From positions 1,190,753 to 1,254,752 of the forward strand of contig MU057560.1 of NCBI GenBank assembly GCA_013265495.1: a DNA stretch of 64,000 nucleotides. The letters are read 5' to 3'. Below the pieces are notes generated by a model. That model did no database searches. It saw only the letters and a list, made by a program, of their open reading frames with translations, and had not been told where the DNA came from. The DNA comes from Vicugna vicugna (taxonomy: Eukaryota). This document shows, one piece after another, positions 11,911-24,140 of the stretch. The stretch's first letter is position 1. Each line of letters begins with the position of its first letter. Position numbers and translations under genes: made by a program.

Positions 11911-14059
11911 GTAAATTCCAATGTCCTTCTGAAGCAATCGCCTTCCCTCGGTGGAATTACCCCTCTCGCCCCCGGGCTCTCGGCGGGCTGTTCCGCAGAG
12001 CAGCGTTGCACCTGCAGGCCCCGCGGTGCAGGGCCGTCCACCGGGAAGCCGCGGGCTCTGACGAGCTTCCCTGCATCCTTCCCATGTCTCTTTGGTGTCC
12101 TTTCCTTCCGTGGTCTCTGTGTCGTTTCATCAAAACAGTGAGTATGATGAGAATTGTAAGGTAAAGCCTATTTGGTCATCAGGGGTATGTGTTAGTTTTT
12201 TTGTTTTCTTTTTTAAAAAAATGTATTTTGATGTCACTTTTTAGTTTCCTAGCAGTAAAGTTGCCGGGAAGCCTGACTGCTAAGCAAGCAGGGTTCCTGT
12301 ATTTGTACACTCACTTGCGAGCCATATTGTACTGCAAAGAAATGCTTAGAAGGAAATGCGAATCAAGAATGACACTGAAATCTCACTAGAATGTGCTTTT
12401 AGAAACACTAAATACTGTAGATCAGTTTGAGTTCTTCCAAAATATGCTCCCTTCACAGCTGCTTTCTAAATTGTCTAAGAGCTTTAAGAAAGGAAATGTA
12501 TTAATAAAAACAACCAGCTTTCCCCCTCAATCTCTGATTTTAAAGGATCTGTGTGAACTGCTACAGACAATATAAAGGTCTTATCTATGTGTTTCTATAA
12601 CTGGTTGCCTTTTTCTTCTTTTTTCTTTGTAAGAGAAGAACGTCAAACCTCTAGTTTCTTTGTAGCGTATAATTGTAACAAGATAGTCAAAGAAAAGAGG
12701 AGGCTTTCAGAAATGAAAGTCATTCCTTAAAGTCTGAGGATTTAGTAGATTATGAGAGAAAATTAACTCATGTTCAAAGGGTTATTAGAAAAATCTAAGA
12801 GGCTCTGACAACAAAACTTCTGTGCTGCACTCAGGCACAGACTTCACTGGGCAGCACGAAATATGAAGTAAGATTTAAGAGCTCCCTGATCAGGAGGGCA
12901 CAGATCATTGCAAAGCCCCCTTTAATTAAAGGTGGAATTTGTCTGGATCATGAAGAGGATGGACACGTGGATGGATTTACAGGTTCAGTGTGGCTGCAAG
13001 GAAGTTTCATGTTTTCTCCCCAGAAGAAGCTCATTTTTTGAAAAGAAACATTTTTGTCCATAGATAATATATTTAAATAATAAAATAGATGCATATCTGT
13101 TCCCTTATTTCTTTTTATTGTAAGCTCTAAATTTTTATCATCAAACTTTATTCTGACCAAAGAAGTAACATTTTAAAAATCAGTGGGAAAAAAAAAACCC
13201 TCAAAAAACCAAAGCTTTACCCAGTTGCATTAGTCTGAGTCCACATCCACACACATTTATTTTCATTGCGACTTCAGAGAGGAATCCTCACACTGTTTTT
13301 CAGATCATTTCGAGATCAGTCAAGACTGGGACAATGAAGTAGAAAATAGTTCTACAGTTTGTGCTGTTTGCTTTAACCCTGTTCTTCAGGGGCACCGACT
13401 GTCCACTCCAGCAGCACCAGCGCTGGGGGTCCCCGGCCCCTCAGGGGGCAGGCTCCCTGGAACCGCTGGCCTCCACCTGCCTTCTCCTCATCCTCCCAGG
13501 TTCCTCGGCGGGGCGGGTGTGAGCTGCCAGCCCTTCCCTCCACCCCACTACCCGCCTCCGCGCACCCCTACTGCTGCTCCCCTCCTCGCCTGGGTCTCCT
13601 GTTCTGGACAACTTACAGTAAAGGGGGCCAACAGCTTTATTTGGACTTGCTCTTTACGGCAGCCCCTACACACACACGCGCACGCACGCTTTAGAACCGA
13701 GTTATCGATCGTGGGTCTAGAGCAGGTGTCTCAGTGAGTCACACTTTTCTGTCCTCAGAACCACCCCTCCCTGTCCCCTGCATTTCTGAGCCAAATGCCT
13801 GAGCTTTTTCTCTCTTCCCTTAAGTGGATTCCATCTCAGGGGGCCCTGGGTTTAGCAATGTATGTACGTGGGTGCGTGGTGGGCTATTCACGGAATGTGC
13901 AGGTGCACACTGGCCCCCTGTGTGTGCGCTAAGCCGTCCAGGAGTGGGCCTCCCCAGGAAGCCTTCAGCCCAGCATGCACCTTCTATAACTTTAGAAAGG
14001 GAATTCAATTTTTCCTTTTCATTTTGTGGAAAAATTGAAGACTAAGCAGCATATGTGCT

Positions 14060-14215
14060 GAGGGTTCAGCTGGAATTCCAGAGGGACTAGATTTGAATGA
14101 GAGCTTGGCCTCTCACAGCGAGTAGCCTTGGACAAATGCCCTGACCTGCAAAGGGCGTTCCTCACCTGTAACCTGGAGAGAAAGGTAAAATCTGCTTCAC
14201 AGAGCGGTTGTGGGG
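14060..14215 (+). mobile_element. MIR, 5' portion (apparently interrupted by the L1 insertion)
   Basis: 'ccttggacaaatgccctgacct...ttcctcacctgtaacctggag...cttcacagagcggttgtgggg' follows the MIR consensus up to 'gttgtgagg'. Confidence 0.65.
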
Positions 14216-14995
14216 CCGAAATAAACTTACAAGCTTCTGCACAGCAAAGGAAGCCATAAGCAAAACAAAATGACAACCTGCAGAACGGGAGAAAATTTTT
14301 GCAGAAAATAAAACTGACAAAGGCTTGATCTCCAGAATATATAAACAGCTCATACAACTTAATAAGAAAAAGCAAACAACCCCATCCAAAAATGGGCAGA
14401 AGAACTAAACAAGCAATTCTCCAAGAAGAAATACAAATGATCAACAGGCACATGAAAAAAATGCTCAATATAACTAATTATCAGAGAAATGCAAATTAAA
14501 ACTACAATGAGGTATCATCTCACACCAGTCAGAATGGCCGTCATTCAAAAGTCCACCAATGACAAATGCTGGAGAGGCTGTGGAGAAAGGGGAACCCTCC
14601 TACACTGCTGGTGGGAATGCAGTTTGGTGCAGCCACTGTGGAAAATAGTATGGAGATTCCTCAAAAGACTAGGAATAGACTTATCATGTGACCCAGGAAT
14701 CCCGCTCCTGGGCATATATCCAGAAGGAACCCTGCTCCAAAATGACACCTGCACCCCAGAGTTCATAGCAGCACTATTTACAACAGCCAAGACATGGAGA
14801 CAGCCTAAATGTCCATCAACAGATGACTGAATAAAGAAGATGTGGTATATTTATACAACAGAATACTATTCAGCCATAAAAATGACAACATAATGCCACT
14901 TGCAGCAACATGGATGTCCCTGGAGATCCTCATCCTAAGCGAAGTAAGCCAGAAAGTTAAAGAAAAATACCATATGAGATAGCTCATGTGTGAAA

Positions 14996-15031
<36 letters not shown>
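14211..15031 (+). mobile_element. Young 5'-truncated LINE-1 (camelid-type), ORF2 C-terminus ending in A33
   Basis: ORF 14489..14830 ([22 protein letters not shown]...[26 protein letters not shown]) is the cysteine-rich L1 ORF2 C-terminus. An uninterrupted poly(A) at 14999-15031 starts within the ORF2 stop ('aatctaa'). Confidence 0.95.
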
Positions 15032-15033
<2 letters not shown>

Positions 15034-15189
15034 ATATAACATAGTTTTAATTATATATGGATTTTATGAGCCTATTTTGTGTGTGTACATCCACAAAATT
15101 CTGTATCATTTAAAAGACTTGTTTACTATAGAGTAGAGCCATTATAATGTCTTAATTTTCTCATTTGCATAACTATAGATAAAATACTA

Positions 15190-15460
15190 TAATACAATCT
15201 TTAAATACCCAGATGTTGGAACCAGGGAAACCTACATTCAAGTCCTTGTAATTCTATTTCTACTGGGAGGCCATGGACAATTTATTTAACTTCTTCTTTG
15301 CTTCACTTTTCCCATCCAAAATGAGTTTCTGTTATTCTAAAATGGCATGATAAATGCTCCAAGCTCCCAGGATTGTTGTGGAAATAAATGAGGTGAAACT
15401 TTCACCACATTTTGCACAGTGTCTGGGAAACAATTATGTTTTTAAAAAGTGTCTCATTAT
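15190..15460 (+). mobile_element. MIR, near full length, AT-rich
   Basis: 'ggccatggacaatttatttaacttct...ggattgttgtggaaataaatgaggtgaa...ttgcacagtgtctggg' matches the MIR consensus. Confidence 0.75.
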
Positions 15461-16548
15461 CATATTCTTTTTCTAACATTCTTGGACTTTGTGGTTCAGG
15501 TAAATCAGTTTTATTATTTACTGTAGACACTTTCTAAATTAAGTTTGTAAAAGCTTGACTCAATTTTTATTGTATGAAAATATTTTTATTGAAGAAAATA
15601 TCAGAAATGGAGTCAAAATTGGGCTAGTGATGATTTGGGTATTTTTTAAAATGCTTTAAACTTGGGTGATGCATAAAATATTATTGGATTGAGCTGGGAT
15701 GCAGCTATGGTTCTGTTTCAGACAATCTTGCTGTCTGTCTGATCTGTGGATGTTGACATAAGTCTGCATTAGCTATAAAGCATGCTTGACAGAAGCAGGA
15801 AGGAACAAGAGATTCTTTGAATGGCTTCTATTTTGATTTAATTCCTTTTGTATTAGAAAGTAGGTTTATCCTTAATAACTGATGATTCAAAATGTCATTC
15901 TCATTTTGCTATGAATTCTTACAATTTCTATCCATTATATGCTGTTCAACAATGAATGAGATTATTGAGCAATATTTCTATTTATTCTTAGTAATGAAAG
16001 AGCTGTTCTAATCATTTAAATATTATGGGTTTTAGAAAGCTCAAGGCCTCACAGCCCCAGAATGGCTAGTGGCAGAGCTGTATAACAAGCTCGAAAAAGT
16101 CAGAACTTATTGTTTAAGTGTTGTTGGACCAAAAAAATCAGCTAGTTAGGAAATAAACTAATTAGTACCAGTTCAGGCAAACTAACTTGTCTATTTTCTA
16201 ACTAGCCAAATACACACTGACACACACACACACACATTTTTTAGAAGATTCAAGTCATCATGGAAGAAAAGCCATAGAAGAATTATAGAAGAAAGTAGAT
16301 TAATCTTGCTGCTTTGTCTCTGCTAAGATACAACAAAAAATACTATTTAATTTCATAATATTTAAATATGATTTCTTCAAAATTAAAAGCCAAGTAAGAG
16401 ACAATTAACCAGCATACATTTGCCGGAAAATAAGACAGAAACACATTTAGAAGAATTAATATATAACACACCACAGAGACTAGAACACACTATAGCCCCA
16501 GTTTAGGAAAGAAGAAAATAAAGAAAGAATCTTCATAGAAGAAAAATA

Positions 16549-16615
16549 GCCAAATGGAGATGGACTCCGCCTCCCGTGCCTCCAGCTTACTTGCTATTGT
16601 GCCTCGCACAAGCCA
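16549..16615 (+). mobile_element. MIR, probable 3' continuation of the 14060 fragment
   Basis: 'gccaaatggagat...tgtgcctcgcacaag' resembles MIR 'gattaaatgagat...agtgcctggcacatag'. Confidence 0.4.
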
Positions 16616-19499
16616 TCTTCCCTCACCCTCTCCCAGACCCCAAATACCAGGAACACTGTGATCCGCAGCCCTGTCCCTTGTCCACAGCATGTCTTCATCT
16701 CCCTCCTTCACTTACACCCATCCCACACACACCCACTCAGCCCCCTCGGCCCTCTCTTCTTCCGGCACAGCCAGGACAAACCCACACTCCAGGGGAGCAC
16801 GGCTGTCCACAGTCAGATGGCCAGATGTGTTTGGACAATCAGGGCATCAGACAGATTGACATCCGTCTACGTGCGTGTGATCGCTAACCTCGCCCGGGCC
16901 CTTGATTCCCAGTTGCCCTGCTGTGTCTCCCTGGACAACTCAGCAAAGACAAGCGGTGAATGCCAAGACTATAGCTGTGTTTCCGGAACATTTGCCAGAT
17001 GCCAGTGTGGTTTTTAAATTTGTACACATCCATGTAGCTGGTGAACAATTTTGGTCATAGGAAAATTCAGCAGAAGAGCAATTCCACAAACGAATCTAGT
17101 CTTTTTGCTTTTTTTAAGTCGGCTCTAGATGGTGTAGTCCAGCATTGTGCCTCGCGGGTGATGACGGGGCAGCTCTGCCGAACCCGGACTCCCCGCTGAG
17201 CCTTCAAAGCGCTCCTGCCCCAGCCCGAGCTGACTGGCTCGCCTGCCGCTGACTGGCGAGGTTGTGTTTTACGTCAGAACTGCCGAAGATGGGGCGCATT
17301 TCTCACACAAAGTGTAGGATCAAATAAAATAGCTGTAATGGACAGTGTTTGCAGTGATGACGATTTAGGGACACACGGCTTCCTACTCACCACTTCCACC
17401 CCCACCGGGGGGCAGCAGGGATGTGCTGAGCTGCACGTGCAGTTACAGGGGCTGCAAACACACCGTCGTTCGTGGGCAGCCCCCTCCGGCAACCTGTCAA
17501 CACGAATGTTCTTGGTTTCGCCCATTTTTTTTAATTGAACAGAATGTTCATAAATGAATTACTGTCCATGTTCAACTGTAGGTTTTCCAGACTTGGGAGA
17601 ACTGATTTAAAATTAAGAAGGGATAGTGTCTTGGACTGTTTGAAACAAATATTAATTTGTAAAGACTCACATGCGCCCAGCTGGGCTGTCAAAGCAGGTA
17701 CTCAGAATGTGAAATTGACATGTGCAATTTCTTAATCCTCAAAAGGAGAGAAAATAGGGCAGCAATGATCAACACGGAAATGGTGGAATTCACCTGGCCC
17801 TCACCCAGTTCTCACGCACTTCACTTGGAATGGGTACCACAAGGCTGCACACACATGAGTTCTGAGTAGGATTAGGGAAATCTTATCTGTATTTTTTTTT
17901 TTTGGCTTCTTAAAAGAGAGGCTGAGATTATTTAAAGCAATTAAACCATGCTGATTATAAGTAGATGTCGGTTTCTAATTAGTGAGTGGGATGTTTCCAA
18001 GGAAAGTCTGTTTTGGGAGGATGGGGTTCTTTTCTGTGGCCCTGGCTCATTGTTAAATGGATGAAATCATAAGAGAAACAAGATCACTGCCGCACTACAA
18101 AGCCTGCGTGGCCTGTGGCTCAGTGGCCCACAATCTGCCGTGTTTCTACGGCTGCAGGAGATGGGGTGAGCTTGCCTTGTGCGGCCGTCAGATGCCCCAT
18201 GGAAAGGCGCCACCAGGCAGCCTCTGCCCCATGGTGGGGCCTTGCTCCTCCCAGGGATGTGAGGACACGTGAGCAGGCTGGGGAGCAGCCTGGGCCCCGG
18301 CCCCTGACTTCAGAACGCTGGCTCTTATCTTCCCCCTGAGCACGGCCCTGCAGCTGTCAGATGGCTCTGCGTTTTAAATCCTGTTGCCTGTCAATCATGG
18401 GCAAATGACAAGAAAAAACTCGAGCATAAAACCTGAGTCCTGGGGAGCAGAAAGTTTTGCTTTCTGCTGAGGACACTCAGCTTCTGTGGCTTGGTTTTGA
18501 TTTGCTCCCGTGTAGACAGTTCTTTTTGCTTTAAAATGTGTTTTAAAGGCTCTGGGTCCAGAATAAAATTCAAAGGATATGAAAGAAAGCAACTGAAGGG
18601 AAAGAGAAAAATCTGTGAGACAGGAAGTGGCCCCAACTCACTAAAGACCAGAGGCCTGGCTTTCCCAGGTGTGTGGGGTGCGGTCCAGGCCTGTTCATCA
18701 CTGGGATGCAGCCTTCAGGCTTGGAGTCCATATTTAAGGTGGAGAGAAATTCTTTCATCCGCGGACACTTCCGATCGGAGGCGCGGCTCCGGATGGTCTC
18801 AGTGATGTGGGGACTGCGGAGCGCTCGCTGCGTGGCTCTCTCGGGCCAGGGGCGCTGAGTGCGCACCTGCCGGCAGGTGGAGGGCTCCTCGGGACAGCGG
18901 GGTCTTTGTGAAACTGCTCCTCAGAGCCGGGCCCTGGCTGTGGGATGCCTCTGCCTTCCACGGGCCTTCTGCTGGTTAAGCATTTGAAACTCACTCAGAC
19001 CCCAATTACAATTTTTAAACCTCTACTGCAATGATGTAAATTATGTCTTTGCAGCATTATTCTATTTTAAATCCTATTTTGAAAGATGTCTTAGAGCAAC
19101 CAGTTGTATTTCCCTAAGGCCCACTATTAAGTATTAACACCTTCCAAGGCAGGGACCCGTTTCAATATCAAAGTGGCATTCTGATTCTTAAAACTTTACT
19201 TTAGGAATGAACTTTACCCAGACCACATAAACTGGGTCAGACTACCATGGACGGGTCATGTGCAGGAAGTATGCAAGGGAGTTTGTTCATGTTTTTACAA
19301 ACAAAAGTCGTGCCATTTCTCTTACAAATGGAAAAATATAAAGTAAAAAAGTTATTTTAAACTATATATAACACTACAAAACACAGAAATCACTGTTAAT
19401 AGTATATGTTTCCTACGGGCATTTTTTGAGTCCCTTCATGATGATGGTTTTTGTATCTGCATGTCGCCGACATACGTCGCCAAATTGTTATCAAATAAA

Positions 19500-20150
19500 C
19501 TAACTAGCTTCGTGCTTCCCCAGCAGTGAGTGGTTAGGCCCATTTTATTGCGTCGAACCTTTATCATGTACCTGTGCGTGTGTCTGTGTGTATCAGGGTA
19601 TTCTGATTTGATAAGCAAACATGCAATTCCCTGATTTCTGGCACAAGTGAGCATTTGTGAGAACCAGCCTCGCTTCTTTGAATCCTCTGTTCAGAGCTTT
19701 TGCCCATTTTTTGAGGCTTTGGTGGTTTTCATATAATGCTGCATGAGTTCTTTGTATGTTAACTTTTCTCTGCTTTAATTTGATTAATTTGGTTAATTTC
19801 ATATAAAACCGCATGTTTTTATAAATTCGATTTTTAAATGATTTTGCCTTTCTTATTTTTAAGCCTAGACAGTAGGCCGTTCTCTAGTAAAGGTCTTCTG
19901 ATGGAAGTGGCTGCCAGACGCCTGGGCCAGACCTGCATGGGACCAGCGGTGCCTTTCACGTCGGAGCCCCAATCCACTGCACAGTGGTTCACACGACCTC
20001 ATTGAACTGGCATCTGGATTTGCTTTTGTGTTCTGATGCCTGACCATCTCCCCACATCGAACTACCAGCGTGATCGAGCCTCTTGTCTTAACACCCTGAG
20101 CATCCCTGTGCCAGCCTTGTCTGGACCCGGGCAGTTTTTAGTTTTCTTCA
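19500..20150 (-). mobile_element. Ancient L1 (L1ME-like) remnant within the duplicated unit (second copy about 21485-22135)
   Basis: 'cttccccagcagtg...ttccctgatt...ctgttcagagcttttgcccatttttt...gttctttgtatgtt' follows the antisense L1 ORF2 3' region. ORF 19593..19814 contains 'QSLKKWAKALNRGF', compare L1 NPIKKWAKDMNRHF. Confidence 0.65.
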
Positions 20151-20347
20151 TCAGTTCCTGTGGAAAGGTAAAGCGGGTCAAGGTGATGTGCTTGGACCTG
20201 AGACAGGAGTTTTATCAGACTTCAGAGTCATTCCCAGGAAAATACACTCCTAACTGAGACAGGGGAAAGACTTGGCAACTTCTAACTTTCAACATATTTA
20301 CAGAATTACAATATTTTAGAGTTTAAATCTCTAAAGCACGCTAATAG

Positions 20348-20386
20348 TTTTTTTTCCCTTTTTTTTTTAATGGAGGGATTGAACCA
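20348..20386 (-). mobile_element. Possible tiny 3' fragment of a camelid tRNA-derived SINE (Vic-1-like), duplicated at about 22333-22371
   Basis: T-tract followed by 'aatggag-ggattgaacc', compared with the remembered antisense SINE end 'aatggaggtactggggattgaacc'. The match is very short. Confidence 0.3.
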
Positions 20387-23300
20387 ATTAATTTTTTTTT
20401 TTCTTTTCCATTCTCAGGAAGGGAATTGAGACTGAGAGGTGCCCCGGGGACCGCCCAGAGTCTGCTGGTGAGGAAGCCAGCTCGGGCGGGGAGCAGCCAT
20501 GTCCTTAGGGCTCAGTGTCTATCGATGGCAGCTTAGAGAAGCCAGGCCCTTTGACTACGCCAGGATCGACTGTGACTTTACCAGATCCCCAGTCAGAGAA
20601 AATCAATGCATCAGCAACCCTGTGCATCAGGGACAGTGGAGACTTTTCTTGATCATAAAGGGGCATAACTCTGAGTTGCAAATCACATTTAATGGGGAGT
20701 AGGAGGAAAAACGCACCCTGATCACACTTCCATGGGACGCTTTTCATCTCAAGTCCTGAGTTCTTCTCTTGAATTAGTCACCAGTCCAATTTTTTTCCAA
20801 AGCATAGTACACTCCTCAAAGAAGCACCTACAGAAGAAATTCAGGAAGGTGAGAAAAGCAGGTGGAGGGCTCCTCGGGACAGCGGGGTCTTTGTGAAACT
20901 GCTCCTCAGAGCCGGGCCCTGGCTGTGGGATGCCTCTGCCTTCCACGGGCCTTCTGCTGGTTAAGCATTTGAAACTCACTCAGACCCCAATTACAATTTT
21001 TAAACCTCTACTGCAATGATGTAAATTATGTCTTTGCAGCATTATTCTATTTTAAATCCTATTTTGAAAGATGTCTTAGAGCAACCAGTTGTATTTCCCT
21101 AAGGCCCACTATTAAGTATTAACACCTTCCAAGGCAGGGACCCGTTTCAATATCAAAGTGGCATTCTGATTCTTAAAACTTTACTTTAGGAATGAACTTT
21201 ACCCAGACCACATAAACTGGGTCAGACTACCATGGACGGGTCATGTGCAGGAAGTATGCAAGGGAGTTTGTTCATGTTTTTACAAACAAAAGTCGTGCCA
21301 TTTCTCTTACAAATGGAAAAATATAAAGTAAAAAAGTTATTTTAAACTATATATAACACTACAAAACACAGAAATCACTGTTAATAGTATATGTTTCCTA
21401 CGGGCATTTTTTGAGTCCCTTCATGATGATGGTTTTTGTATCTGCATGTCGCCGACATACGTCGCCAAATTGTTATCAAATAAACTAACTAGCTTCGTGC
21501 TTCCCCAGCAGTGAGTGGTTAGGCCCATTTTATTGCGTCGAACCTTTATCATGTACCTGTGCGTGTGTCTGTGTGTATCAGGGTATTCTGATTTGATAAG
21601 CAAACATGCAATTCCCTGATTTCTGGCACAAGTGAGCATTTGTGAGAACCAGCCTCGCTTCTTTGAATCCTCTGTTCAGAGCTTTTGCCCATTTTTTGAG
21701 GCTTTGGTGGTTTTCATATAATGCTGCATGAGTTCTTTGTATGTTAACTTTTCTCTGCTTTAATTTGATTAATTTGGTTAATTTCATATAAAACCGCATG
21801 TTTTTATAAATTCGATTTTTAAATGATTTTGCCTTTCTTATTTTTAAGCCTAGACAGTAGGCCGTTCTCTAGTAAAGGTCTTCTGATGGAAGTGGCTGCC
21901 AGACGCCTGGGCCAGACCTGCATGGGACCAGCGGTGCCTTTCACGTCGGAGCCCCGATCCACTGCACAGTGGTTCACACGACCTCATTGAACTGGCATCT
22001 GGATTTGCTTTTGTGTTCTGATGCCTGACCATCTCCCCACATCGAACTACCAGCGTGATCGAGCCTCTTGTCTTAACACCCTGAGCATCCCTGTGCCAGT
22101 CTTGTCTGGACCCGGGCAGTTTTTAGTTTTCTTCATCAGTTCCTGTGGAAAGGTAAGGCGGGTCAAGGTGATGTGCTTGGACCTGAGACAGGTGTTTTAT
22201 CAGACTTCAGAGTCATTCCCAGGAAAATACACTCCTAACTGAGACAGGGGAAAGACTTGGCAACTTCTAACTTTCAACATATTTACAGAATTACAATATT
22301 TTAGAGTTTAAATCTCTAAAGCACGCTAATAGTTTTTTTTCCCTTTTTTTTTTAATGGAGGGATTGAACCAATTAATTTTTTTTTTTCTTTTCCATTCTC
22401 AGGAAGGGAATTGAGACTGAGAGGTGCCCCGGGGACCGCCCAGAGTCTGCTGGTGAGGAAGCCAGCTCGGGCGGGGAGCAGCCATGTCCTTAGGGCTCAG
22501 TGTCTATCGATGGCAGCTTAGAGAAGCCAGGCCCTTTGACTACGCCAGGATCGACTGTGACTTTACCAGATCCCCAGTCAGAGAAAATCAAGGCATCAGC
22601 ACCCCTGTGCATCAGGGACAATGGAGACTTTTCTTGATCATAAAGGGGCATAACTCTGAGTGGCAAATCACATTTAATGGGGAGTAGGAGGAAAAATGCA
22701 CTCTGATCACACTTCCATGGGACGCTTTTCATCTCAAGTCCTGAGTTCTTCTCTTGAATTAGTCACCAGTCCAATTTTTTTCCAAAGCATAGTACACTCC
22801 TCAAAGAAGCACCTACAGAAGAAATTCAGGAAGGTGAGACGCAGAGCATTAAAAAAAAAGAAGATTATCTCTAAGAAGTCCTTCTGAAGTAAACTCATTG
22901 TGTAAGAGGATGAAATCATTTAATTAATTTGGTAAATTTACAACCATCAAGTTACTGACAAGTCGCAGCAACAAGCACACAGTGGGAGCTGCAGTCCTGT
23001 GTGCTTAACAGACACGTGAAGATGAAGGCATGGTTTCGTTACCAGCTTACCTCAGTTTTCTTAGTAGCCTACATGCTCCGTGTTTTCTGGGATCATGCAG
23101 ATGTGAATGGAAGTTTGAATGACTAAATAAATGAAAAGCCCGTTGTCTGCAGAGGCCAAGCACACGTATGATGTTGGGTGATGCGCCCAGAAACACACAG
23201 CGGCTCCTGCACCTCACAAAAGCCATTGTCAGACTGTATTTGGCTTTAATGATCTGATTCCCAGACGTAATAATGCTGTTCCACTCGAAGATTCTCTTTC

Positions 23301-23979
23301 CCTTCCCTCTTAAGGGTTCTCATTGGACCTCTATTTCTGGAAGTTGGGATCACGTAGCCCTGGAGAAGCAGGTCCCAGTAAGAGCACACACACCCGGGGA
23401 GACCTCAGCTTTAGCTGCAGCCCTTACAGAGAATAAACACCAAGAAGACGGGGGCCGCCAGAATACAGCTGACTTTCTGCAGATATCCCTGGGGGAAACA
23501 CAGGGGGGTGATGCTTTTCCTCTTCGGAGCTTCTGGCTGAAGGGATGGGGGCGAGAGATCTACGGACAGCTGGTGAACGCGCGGGTGAAAGCACCTGCTC
23601 CTCGCGTTCCCCTCTCTCCTACGGCGTGTGCCATCGGCGCTGTGTTTTCTTCACCCAGATTTCTGCCCATGAACAAGTGCCAGGACGCTCTTAGGGCAGC
23701 TAGGACCAAGGCACTCTCTGGCAGCTTTTCCCTAAGCAGGGTTCAGTCTTCAGCAGCAGACCTGACTACCGTGAAGTCAGCAAAAGCAGGCTGAAGTCAC
23801 GAGGGTGATTTCTCGGGCATCCGGTAACTCCTCTGTACAAGCCCTTGACCTCTGGCTAACAAAGATCAAGATATTTTAGCATCGCCTCATTTCATTCGTT
23901 TCTTTCCTCATGCGAAAAAGATTGACAGGCTGTGTAGGGAAATTAGAGTCTGTAAGGCGTTTCCTGGTGTATCTCATTT

Positions 23980-24140
23980 GGATTTTCATAGCATCCTCTG
24001 TGGGGAACTGGGCTGGGTATGTGCTGTTTCCGGGTTTTAGGATGAGAAGGTTGCAGCTCTCAGGGCTTCACGGGTTTGGCCAGGGGAGCAGGGCCACGTG
24101 GAGACAGAGCAGACTCTCACAGCCAGTCTTTAGAGTGTGC
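23980..24140 (-). mobile_element. MIR remnant
   Basis: 'tttcatagcatcctctgtgggg...ttttaggatgagaagg...ctcagg' resembles antisense MIR. Confidence 0.5.

Larger units (their letters stand above)
18873..22839 (+). repeat. Direct tandem duplication, period 1,985 bp (copy 1 18873-20854, 3-nt spacer AAA, copy 2 20858-22839)
   Basis: Sequence repeats at offset 1985, for example ORFs 19436/21421, 19593/21578 and 20499/22484. About 10 substitutions seen by eye. Confidence 0.98.

Noticed and set aside
12139..12160. 22-nt micro-exon candidate (cag|tgagtatgatgagaattgtaag|gtaaag)
   Set aside because: Splice-like flanks alone are common by chance. The length is not a multiple of three and no partner exons were found.
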